A stretch of DNA of 64,000 bases from Protoeuglena noctilucae (taxonomy: Eukaryota). The notes beneath the pieces are model-generated. The model was not told the origin of the DNA, ran no database searches, and saw nothing but the letters and a program-made list of their open reading frames with translations. Both the position numbers and the translations under genes were made by a program. Positions 11,566 to 22,240 of the stretch are shown here, piece by piece. Every line of letters begins with the position of its first letter. The stretch's first letter is position 1. Where the stretch lies: assembly GCA_958009085.1 (NCBI GenBank), contig OY253673.1, positions 868,001 to 932,000 on the forward strand, written 5' to 3'.

Positions 11566-13612
11566 ATGTTCGACATCACGAGCGAGGTGAGAGCCGCAGA
11601 CAGGGCTGGCGGGAGCTGAGATCCGCGTGGGCAGGGTCTGCAGCCCAAACCCCGACTGCCGCAGCGGCCAAGCCGGGTCGTGACTCTGGAAAATGACGAG
11701 GAAGAGAAAGCGGGGCCACGAGTGCAAACCGACGAAGTGCAGCCATTCCAGGCAAGGGTCGCGGCGACCAGCACCGGTTGCGAAGTGTGCGGTTGGGCTG
11801 GCAGAAGGGGATGGCATTGCGGTCAGCTGCGTGTGCCCCTGCAGCCAGGCAGGTGACGAATGAAGCCACGTTCCCGCACGACTCGCGCAGGTCATGAAAA
11901 GAAGGCGCGTTCTGGGGTACGGGACGTATGGCACGGTGTTTTTGGTGCTGGCGAAGAGTAAGAGCAAGGGGAGGGAGCTCGTAGCAGTGAAAGTGCTGAA
12001 CCCCAACAAGATGGACCACGGATGTCTTCGTCTATTCCTCGCTGAAATTAGGTGAGGAGCCTGGGTGTGAGCGGCAAGTGTTGGCACCATGGCGGCGCAT
12101 CAGGGCAAGGCACGAACCCCCGCCCCTCGCCGCAGGCTCTTGAGTCGCCTGCGGCACCCAGCGATCGTCACCTTCCGAGACTTCGTGAGCCTTTCGGCGC
12201 TGACGCACGTGGACCCGTTTGTGACGGTCGAGAGCTTGGCACACAAGGTGCTCTTCTAGCAAGGGCAGCCCGGCTGCAGATTCGCAGAGCGTGCCGCGCC
12301 AGCGCTTTTCGAGCCCACAGCGACACGCGGGCGTCGGCGGGCATGCACGCGAAGCACGGGTCGTTCATAAGCCCCATGTGCCCCGTCCCTCGTCCGCAGA
12401 GGGTGGCCCTGGTGCAGGAGTACATGCCAGGCGGGACGCTCCGCGACGCCATACATCGCAAGATGTCCCAGCCCTCCGCATACGGCTGGTGCGTTGCCGC
12501 GACAGCTCCTCACGCCGTCTTGTGCATGCTTTGTTGGAAGCCATATCTGTACGTTACAATGTCTGTGCATCGTTCTTAACCTGCAGGGCGGACGTGTTCC
12601 GTTGGTTCCTCGGCCTCGCCCAGGGCATGGCGTACCTGCACGCCCAGAGCCCCGCCATCGTGCACAGGGACTTCAAGCCTGAGAACATCCTGCTCACGAC
12701 CACGAACCTGCGGCGCGCGGAGGCCAAGATCGCGGACTTCGGCCTGGCCAAGGCCATCAAGCGCTGCGTCGTGGAGCCAGGACCCGAGGCCGTCTCTACG
12801 TTGCGCAGGGCGGGCCCGGACCGCCACCGTACGAGCACCCGCGCAGAGCACAGCATTCAGTCCTCCTCCCGATCCCAGTCGCCCTGCGCCCGCTCCCCGA
12901 GGATCCTCAAATCTCTCGAGGCGAGCGAGCAAGCGCTTGGCGCTTGTCGTGTTGCCCAACCCTGCCTGCACTAGAGCCCTGAGATGCACACCGGGTCGGT
13001 GCACACTCCATCTCACCTCGCCCCGCACGCAGATGCCCGACCAGTACATCGCCGTGGATGCCACGGGCCTAACAGGTGCGCTCCGCTTGCGTGTCTCTGG
13101 CAGGCGCCCTCTCCGGCGCGAGAGTGCCATGCTTAAGAGCGCGTCCCTGGGCCCACCACTCGCAGGCAGCCGGCTGTACATGGCCCCGGAAGTCTTCAAG
13201 CAGCAGCGCTACAACGAGTCCGTGGACGTCTTTGCATTTGGAGTCGTGCTTTTCGAGGCTCTGACGGGGCAGCTCAAGAGCCTGTCTTTTGTCACGGGGA
13301 TGCAGTGGGAGGCCGACATGTACGCCCGGGAGGTCGCGGATGGGTACCGAAACCCAATACCCTGGTCCTGGCCGGACGAAGTGAAGGCGAGAGGGTTGGC
13401 AGAGAGGTCAGCCAAGCGCCCCACATTGCTTCACAGCACGGGGTCGTGTCTGTGCGATACCGCACCTGCAGATGCTCCTAGTGGTGCTGTGGGCCCACGA
13501 CCCGTCCGTGCGGCCTCGGATGTCCTGCGTTGTCGATTGCTTGGCGGAGATCATCGCCAAGGGCATCCCGGAGCATTACGACGCCGAACAGCGGCACGCT
13601 TGCTCGTGCTGA
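11566..13612 (+). CDS. TKL-type Ser/Thr protein kinase (tandem copy 2); start approximate
   Basis: 'LGYGTYGTV', 'VAVKVL', 'QEYMPGGTL', 'HRDFKPENIL', 'IADFGLAK', 'GSRLYMAPEV', 'VDVFAFGVVLFE'. Intron positions largely match copy 1; ends HACSC*. Confidence 0.92.
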
Positions 13613-13904
13613 GCTTCTGCTGAAAGGTCCAGAGACTCGTATCGTTCTTTATGGATTCGGGATGATTTGGGTAGGGTACCCTCATAGCCTTGCATTTTTT
13701 GGTAGGACAGTCCCAGGATAGAGCTACGAGTGTCTGCCGCACGTAGCGCCAGAGATAAGCATGATGGAAGCCCTATTCGGCTTCCATCATGCCATGCACG
13801 CCATTGAAGCCTGCACATGGAATCCACAGTGACAACACACACTAGTATCTGCTCGGTGCAGTTCCTGTCTGGTCCCAGCGAGGTTGGTTGCGCTCAAGGC
13901 CGTG

Positions 13905-16900
13905 ATGGAGGAGGCGGGGGAGCTTGCTGGGGAGCTTGCCCGGGCGGTTGATGAGTACGGTGAGTTTTATCTATCAGTAGCGAGAGGTGGAACGGGTCTA
14001 CGCGGTGGGCCAAGCGAGGGCGTGCCTTTCCCTCGCAGAGCGCCAACTAGCCGACGTCCGCGGCGCCGCACAATACGATGGCAAAGACGACGATGTCGCG
14101 AATCTTGAGATGGCGCTGAAGGAGACCCGGGACGCTCTCGCGTCGCTGGAGGTGGGCAAACGGGGAGAGGCAGCACGCGTCGACTGCGCGATGCCCTACT
14201 TTCACCGCCTCGCCGCCCGCGCCGTCTCTGTGCCGCAGGAACAGGGAGTACAGGTTCAAAGGAAGGCTAAGCGACCGCGGACAGAGGAGACGCAGGGCCC
14301 GGAGACCGGTGCGTGGCTGGTGCACGAGACCGTCTTGTTACGCGCCGTTTCCTCTCTCGACGATGCCGGCCACGCTGTCCCCGCCGCAGTGCCGATCCCT
14401 AGCGACCCTGGCTTCGCCACCCTCGACGCCGTTTCGGAGGAGGTGCTCCTGCGCGTGAGGCCCGACCGCCCCGGCCGGGGCGCCCACCCTCGCAACAAGT
14501 ATGCCGTCCGAGAGCCTGACTTCCGGAAGCTCGGGTGCGCGGTTTGATCCACGCTCGATGCAGCCTCTCATCTGCAGACACCACCGAGGCTCAGAGCTCT
14601 AGGCGCTGCGCTGCTTGGAGGCGCTGCCACCTGACCCTCCTCAAACCCTCACCTGCACGCGCAGGGAGGCGTTCCCTTCCCTGGCTCCCTTCGTGGTGGA
14701 GTTCCCCGCGGCTCAGGGCCGCCCCGCCGCCGTCTCTCTCGACTTCCGGGACCCCGCCGCGATGCGGGAGTTGACGCGCGTGCTCCTCAAAGTGGACTTT
14801 GGCATCGACTGGTGGATCCCAGACGGACAGGTGACGAGCGGAGCTGGTTGTTTGTCTCGTGACGAGCGCGGGGAGCCATGCGCACCCTTCAGCCTTCCTC
14901 TGAGATGAACGTTAGGCGGCAGCCTTACACAGCTCGACACGGGGCCCCCGTGCCGCACCGCAGCTCATCCCGCCCCTCACCAACCGCGCCAACTACATCC
15001 ATTGGCTGGAGGACCTCGTGGGCCTGGCGGCGCCGGAGGGTCCCGCGGTGGGCCTGGACGTCGGCACGGGCGCCAACTTCATCTACCCTTTGCTGGGTGC
15101 CGCGCTGTGCGGGTGGCGCATGGTGGGGGCCGACGTGACCGACGAGGCGTGCACGTGGGCCTCGCGCAACGCAGCGGCCAACCCGCACCTGTCCCACCTC
15201 CTTGAGGTCCGTCGCGCCGCGCCCCCTGCGGGTGTCAGCCACGCCTCCGTCCGCTCCTCCGCCTCGGCGCCCCGATGCCCGAGGGAGGCCCTTCCGTCGC
15301 ACGTGACCGACGTCATCGACCTGCACTCCCGCGAGGGACAAGGCCAGGGCGACGCCCGGACCAAGGCGAGACACGGAGCTGTGCTCAGAGTGCGCAGCGG
15401 GACCGATAACCGATGCTGCAGCTGTGCGTGGGCCACAGTCATCAAACCTGCAATACATTGCATGCGGCACCGTGCGCACCGCGGAATGTCACCCGCCACC
15501 TCCGCCGCGTTTCTCTGCGCCTGCAGTGGCTGTCAGGCGGAGTGCTTTTGCCCTTCGTCCGCTCCGACGACCGTTTCGCCTTCAGCATGTGCAACCCGCC
15601 CTTCTTCGGGTCTGAGGCTGAGGCACGAGGGGGACCCAAGGTGCGGCTGACAGGACGGATAGGGTTGTTTTTGCATGGAGCTCTCGCACCACAGCCCGTG
15701 CAATGTGCGGCACCCTCGAGTGCTTGGCAATCTGTGGGTCACCCCTGGTGGCCCTGAGAGAGGCCCCTCTGCCGTGTGGCTGCTGCAGGCGGACTTTGGC
15801 GGCACGAACGTAGAGATGGTGTGCCCGGGGGGCGAGGCGCGCTTCTGCCGGAGAATGGTCGCAGACAGGTGCGGAGCAATGGGCGCTGAGACAGGCGTGG
15901 TAGCTTACCCTCTAAGTCTGTGCTACCATGGGTATGGCAGCATGACTGTGGACATGGCCTGCTTTGGGCTTACATCGAGCGCGCCAGGGCAATGCCTTCC
16001 CGCAGTTTCGTGCTGCGCGACCAGATTTACTGGTTCACGACGATGGTGGGCAAGAAGACGACGCTCCGGGACCTGCGCCAGCTGTTGCACGAGCTGAACG
16101 TGCCTGTGGTGCGGAGCATGGAGTTCACGCAGGGCAAGACACAGCGGTGGGGCATCGCGTGGTCGTTCGCCGCTCCCAAGAAAAGGGCCCTGGCGCCCAT
16201 CGGCCACGCCGCCTTCGCCAGCACGGGGGCAGGGGTCTTCGCGGCCCCAGACGCGGGGGCAGGGGAGGTGCGTCTATGTGTCACGTGCGGCTGTGATGGC
16301 CAGTATGCACTGTTGTGAGCTTGCACGAGTCTCTCTTTGGCAGACTGGTTGGCCTTGGCTCAAGGTTCATCCAACAGCGCTGCCTGGTCGGCTGTGACCA
16401 TGCGCTGGCTGCCCTCGCCACTAGGCCTCTCCCTCGCTGCGCCTGACGCCTCGTGGGCTGGACATGTCAACACCCCGCCGATGCCCGCAGGCCGACAGGG
16501 CGAGCGGGGCCGGCAGCGCGTCGCGGGTGGCTGCGGGTGCTGCCAAGGACGTGCCATCTCACCGGGCGTCGTGGACAATGAGCATAGAGGGCCGGGGAGA
16601 CCCCCAGGCGGTGGTGGACCGGCTAGAAAGGGTCCTTGTGGAGATGGGGTTCGAGGTCGTGTCTCGGGACAAGGCCATGTATGCCCTCAGCGCGGAGGGG
16701 ACGCGGCAGGGCGGGGCCAGGGAGCTCCGTTTTCGGGTGGCCGTGTTCGAGAGCCCAGGGACCAGGCAAGGGGCGTGCTGGGGTGGGACGCAGGGGTCTC
16801 TCTTATGCCGAGGGTAGACTTAAGGCAATGACGTCACGCTGATGTGCAGCGAACTCGTCGTGCGTGATTGCTGGCCCGCAGGCGAGGGACGCGAGACTGT

Positions 16901-17296
16901 AAGGAGTTCCTGGTGTCAGTGGAGTTGCGGAACGAGCTCAAGAGCGACCGCGCGGCGTGCGTCGAATTCACGGCGGCGATGCGCGCGGTCGAGTCGGTGT
17001 GCAAGCAGCCGAGCGAGCCGCCCGCGTACTGCGCCCGTCCGTTTGGGGCTTTCAAGCGTAATTGCAAATCGGAAACGCGCAGCAGTGCTCCAAGGCCCGG
17101 CAGAGCCGGTCCGTGGTCACCAAGCAAGGCGTCTCCTCAGCAACAGGCGGGGCACCCCGGACGCCACCGCATGAAAGGGCGCGGAGAGCGCCCCTCAGCG
17201 CCCCTCACACGCGGAGCGCAGGGGCGCGCGCGAAGGAAAGAAGCGGCGGCGCGCAACTCGTCAGAGGCGCTGCAACCCAGGAAAGGTCGGGGATAG
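13905..17296 (+). CDS. METTL16: METTL16/FIONA1-type U6 snRNA m6A methyltransferase, multi-exon; 3' end approximate
   Basis: 'HPRNKY', 'LDFRDPAAMRELTRVLLKVDFG', 'LIPPLTNRANYIHWLEDL', 'GLDVGTGANFIYPLLG', catalytic 'MCNPPFF', 'GGEARF', 'WFTTMVGKK', 'EFTQGKTQRWGIAWSF'. Confidence 0.93.
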
Positions 17297-17349
17297 GGGC
17301 ACATCTCCGTGCGCGTGTCGGTGCACCTCGGCGCACCTCCGCGCGCGTC

Positions 17350-20300
17350 TCAGTGCACCAGGCCGTCCAGGCCGTCGTCGAGGAGGCTCGCGAGGTCGAC
17401 GGAGAAGAGGCTCGCGCTGGCGGGCACGGGCGACGGGGCCGGGAGCGCACCGGCGCCGGCCGCGGAGGGGTGCACCTGGACGATGCGCTCCACGGCCGCG
17501 TCCATGTCGCCCTGGCAAGCCACCACGAACTCGTACACCTGCACGGGAACCGCAGGGTAACGTGGTTAAGCCGCGGAGCCAATGACAACACAGTGACGCT
17601 GCCCCTCGCCGCCTTTAACCTCGCCCGCTTGCACACCCGGCCCCCAGCCTCACCTCCTCCTCGGGGACCCCCGCGGCGACCAGCGCCTCGATCGCGGCCG
17701 TCTCCTTGGCCAGGTCGACGTCCTGCGGCGGGCGCTGGGCCGCGGCGAGCAGCAGGGCCGCCTCGTCGGCCGCCCCGCGCATCTTGGCGTCCAGCAGCCA
17801 CGTGACGGCGCCGAGGAGGTCGGAGCCGAAGAGGCGCACGGCCGCCACGGCCTGGGGGGCCGAGAAGGCCAGTCGCTGCAGGTCCCCCGCCAGCAGCGCC
17901 ACCTTGCGCGCCGCCAGGCATTGGAACGCCTCGCCCGCCACCCCCGGCAGCACCGCCGCCCAGGAGCCCCCGCCGCCCGCGTCCGGGAGCCGCGGGGACG
18001 CCACGGGGCCCGCCTGCTCCTCCGTGCTGGACGTGTGCCGCGAGCCGGGGCCCTGGGCCTGCGACGGAGGGGCCGAGGCGTCGCCCCACACCGACACCCC
18101 CTGAGACGCCGGCCGCGAGTGCCGGCCCGTGGCGAACGAGTCCCCGTCCGCGCCCTCGCCGCCCTCCGCGTCGCCCTCTACCTCGAAGAGCCGGCGGATC
18201 GTGGAGCCCGCGTCTGCAAGCGGAACAGGGGTGGGCGGCAACTCAGCGGACAAACCCGCGTGCCCGCCACATGTGACCTGACCCGACCCGGCCGGGCTGG
18301 TGTGCGCGAGGCAGCGTATCGAAACGCCCACTCGCCTCGCTTCTGCCTCTTCTTCTCGGCGCGCTTCATGTTCTTGCGCTGCGACTTGGTCAGCCGCGGG
18401 GCATCGCCGTCGCCGTCGCCGTCGGCCGAGTCGCCCTCGCGCCGCGCCGTGACGGGGAGCGTCGCGTCGCTCGCCTCCGCGGACACGCCCCAGCCGGAGT
18501 CCTCGCTCGACGCCTGGGCGCCGGGACCGCAGAGGAGGCCCCGCTCAATCAAGGCGTCCACGGCGCGAGACACCTCGACCTTGAGCGCTACAGCACCGCC
18601 GGGAGTGACCACGTACGCGGCGGCCTCCGCACCGAGCTCGGCGTCCAGCCATCCTGCGGGAAGAGAGAGCCGGGGAGATGGGGCGGGGTCGTGCGTCGGT
18701 CGGGCAGCCAACCGCGGGCATGGAGGTCTAGGAACGTCACTTACGTGCCACTGGCTCCACCCACGCGGCCTCCGGAACGACCCGCCGGACGGCCTCGACG
18801 AGAGCGGCGGGGGGCGGGGGCAGCTCCTGCCCGGAGCTCGACCTCCCCGCGCCAGCCGCTGCACGAGCGAGCCAGGCACCGCGGACGGGCACCGCAGGCA
18901 TCGGCGCGGGCGGAAGCTCCTCAGCGGACTCGCGGTCAGCCTGCGTACACGCGGCGGGGCGGCGAGGCGTCCGGGCCAAAGCCTCGCGAGGGCCCTCGCG
19001 CCGAGGTTGGGTCGCAGCATCCGTCACCTTGGCGGCCGCGGAGTCGGAGACGGAGGCGGCCATCGGAAACGGATTCCGCAGCCCCCATACGTTGGGGAGG
19101 ACCGCCGGCCTCGCGTCGCCCCTGCCACTGTCCTGCGAAGAGGGCGGGGCTCGGGCGCGGGGTTGGATTTCCGAGGGCGTTGCGTATCGGGGGCACATCC
19201 GCCCCGCTGTATGGCCTCACCTGGCTGCCCGCACCCCACGCCGTCCGGGCGGACGAGGCCGTCGACGCGGGGCGGGAGGTGGCCGGCGCATGCGCGCTGC
19301 TGCTCGCGCCCCCGCTGGGCGGGAGCCCCAGCTCCGCCCTCGCCGCCCTCGCCGCAGCCTTCGCGGCCTCCAGCTGCGCCCGCGCCAGCGCATCCTTGTC
19401 CTCCTTCGCGCTCCGAACGACCTTGGCCGCGGCCGGGGTGGGCGTCGCCGACAGCTTCTTGTTGCCCGGGATCTCCTTGACCTCCCCCGAGCCCGAGCGA
19501 ATCTGGAAGGTCGCGGGCTTCGGAGGCTGCGGCGGCTGCTTACTCGGCGCGGGGCTGGGCGCGCGCGCCGGGGCCGGCGCCGGGGTGGGGGCCGGCGCGG
19601 GGGCGGGAACGTCCTTCTTGGTCGGAATGATGGGGTGGGACTTCACGATCTTCCCGGGACAGGGCGTAGTGACCCGCGTCGCCTTGCCGCGACCGCGAGG
19701 ACAGGGGTATCCGCTTCGCCGGTTCCTGCAGGGAGCGCGGTGTCCGAGTTGCTTCACACGGGCCCCGTGCGCCGCGCCGAGGCCCGCCGCGCGCAGTATG
19801 GGGCGGGTCGATGCCCCCGTTCGTGTCCGCGAGCGCCTCTGACGGCCGTGCCCGTCCTCGCGCGCGGACGGCGCGCCGCGGCTGCCCGGACTCCGGCAGG
19901 CACGGAACTGGGTAGCAGCGGCGTCGCGCGCGCAGAGGCTTCGGCGCAGGCCGACGCGCGGCCGCCAAGACCCCTCTCCGCCCCTCGACCCACCTCTCAA
20001 TCTTGATCGACTTGAGGAACTTCTCCAGGCAGTCCTGGTGGTACACCGAGTCTGGGCATCCCTTGCAACTGCGGGGAAGGGGCCGCGACCCGATCTGACG
20101 TCACGTCGGTCACAGACAGGCGCGGAGGGACCGCGCGAGGCCCCCGGCTCCCCCTCCCTGCGCCCCCGGTTCAAAGCGTCGCCCAAAAAAAGCCCGGGCC
20201 CCGGGCGGCTCCCTCGGGGCTCCGGAGGCCCAGCGGCACGCCTGACCGACGTGCCGAGCGCGGGGGGGGGGCGCGGGCATCGCTGCTCGGCGCGGGAACG

Positions 20301-20447
20301 GCTCCCGCGAACGACTCCCGCCACTCCCGGCAACCACCTGCAATGCAGCGCGTTGATGAGCCCCGTCGTGACGTCCGCATGTTGCCCGCACAAATCGCAA
20401 TTTCCCTCGACGGCTTGAAGCCCTTCCTTCCCCGTGAGCGCGGCCAT
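17350..20447 (-). CDS. Protein with N-terminal C4HC3-like (RING-variant/PHD) zinc finger, Pro/Ala-rich linker and two C-terminal UBA-like domains
   Basis: Spliced N-terminus 'CDLC...LHCSCKGCPDSVYHQDCLEKFL...YPCPRG...PCP'. UBA-like segments 'LQRLAFSAPQAVAAVRLFGSDLLGAVTWLL' and 'LVAAGVPEEE|VYEFVVACQGDMDAAVERIV'. Confidence 0.7.
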
Positions 20448-20711
20448 GAATTTCGCCGAAGACCATGCGAAGGGGGGAAGGGGGGAGACGCCCGGGTGCT
20501 CGGCCGACCTTTTGCGCCGAAAATGGCAGCCCGGGAGGCCGGGGGGTGATCCCAGCGACGGTCGGGTCGCTACACTGCCAGTCTGGCAAGAGCCGCCGCC
20601 AGTCGCTCGGGCCCGGGGCCGAGGGACCTCGCGCCGGGGCCGCGACGTTCCTTTTCACGTGCGCTTGCGTGGCCGTCCCCGACGTGTGGAGGGGGTCCTG
20701 CGCCCGCGGTC

Positions 20712-22020
20712 ATGAAGGTCCGTCTCGCGCGCACCGCTGCCGCCGGGATGCCGTGTCGCGCCCGCCGCGGTCCTCGCGTTGTCTGGGATGCGGCGCGCTG
20801 GGCTGTGGGCCCGCCCTGTCCTCCGGGGGGCGGGGCGACGAGCTCCCCCTGCCCGTCCCCCCTCTCCGCGGCGTCCAGCGGCGGCCCGGCGCCCGCCCCA
20901 GCTCGCTATCGTTATTTCGGTCGCTCGCCGCACCCCGCGCGCCGCAGGCGACCCGGAGCCCGGCCAGGCGGCCCGACGCGCCCGCCCTCCCCGCCACCTG
21001 CAGATTAACATCGCGAACCCCGCGACCGGGGCGCAGAAGAAGATCGAGATCGAGGATGACTCGAAGCTGTGAGCGCGCGGTGGCCGGGGCGTCGCTGGCC
21101 TCCCCGCTGTCCTTCCCGAGCGCCGTGCCAGACGCTCACGGCGAGCTGAACCCCCCGTTGCGCGCAGGAGGGCTTTCTTCGACAAGAGGCTGTCGCAGGA
21201 GGTGGAGGGCGATGCGCTGGGGGAGGTGAGGCCTCGCGCCTTCACGTGGCGGCCATCGCGGCGGAAACCCGCCCGCGCGGGCCCGCGCCGACCGCGCGCC
21301 GGCCCGCCATCGACGCAGGAGTTCAAGGGGTACGTGTTCCGCATCACGGGCGGGCAGGACAAGGAGGGTTTCGCCATGAAGCAGGGTGTGCTGGTGCCCC
21401 ACCGCGTCCGGCTGCTCATGACGCCCGGGGACCAGGGCTTCCGGGGCTTCGGCCGCCGCAACGGGGAGCGCCGTCGCAAGTCGGTGCGGGGCTGCATCGT
21501 GTCCCAGGACCTGTCGCTCCTGAACCTGGTGGTGGTGAAGCAGGGGGAGAGCGACATCCCCGGCCTCACCGACCGCACCCTCCCGGCCATGCGCGGCCCC
21601 AAGCGCGCCTCCAACATCCGCAAGCTCTTCAACCTCTCCAAGGAGGACAACGTGCAGCTCCCCAAGTACGTCAACCTCTACCGCCGCACGTTTGAGGGCA
21701 AGGACGGCAAGAAGCACTCCAAGGCCCCCCGCATCCAGGTGCGCAGTCAGGCGGGCCGTTCGCGATGGGCCGTCGCGGTCGCGGGTCGTGATGGGTTGTG
21801 ACGGGTCGTCGTCGCCCCTTCCTGCCCGCAGCGCTGGGTGACCCCGCAGACCCTGCAGCGCAAGCGCCACCTGCGCTCGCTCAAGAAGCGCCAGTTCGAG
21901 CGCTCCATGAAGTCGGCCGCCGAGTACCACAAGCTTATGGTGCAGCGTGTCAAGGAGGCCCGCGAGCGCCGCTCCGCCTCCATCGCCAAGCGCCGGGCGT
22001 CCGCCGCTTCCAAGCAGTAG
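20712..22020 (+). CDS. RPS6: 40S ribosomal protein S6, 5 exons
   Basis: '[21 protein letters not shown]', '[25 protein letters not shown]', '[13 protein letters not shown]', '[14 protein letters not shown]', '[18 protein letters not shown]', phospho-tail '[12 protein letters not shown]'. Confidence 0.98.
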
Positions 22021-22240
22021 GCACCCTTATCCCCGGCCGGGAAGATGCAGCGCGCGGTTCGTGGCTCGCGTTGAACTCGGCGTTGAGATGAGCTATGCTA
22101 GGATCAGAGTCCGGTGCCCTCGCTACTACTCTGGGGCCCGACTGGCTAACTAGCGCACGCGGTGCTATATGGATCGGCACCGCTGCTTGCTGCTACATAT
22201 CTGCTTGGGGCTACATATCACATATCTAGAGGGTGCTATT

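Noticed and set aside
4149..22020. Possible TAA/TAG-to-Gln reassignment as in some ulvophytes
   Set aside because: RPL38 (TAA) and RPS6 (TAG) stop at the expected positions, and no in-frame TAR codons were needed in conserved exons.
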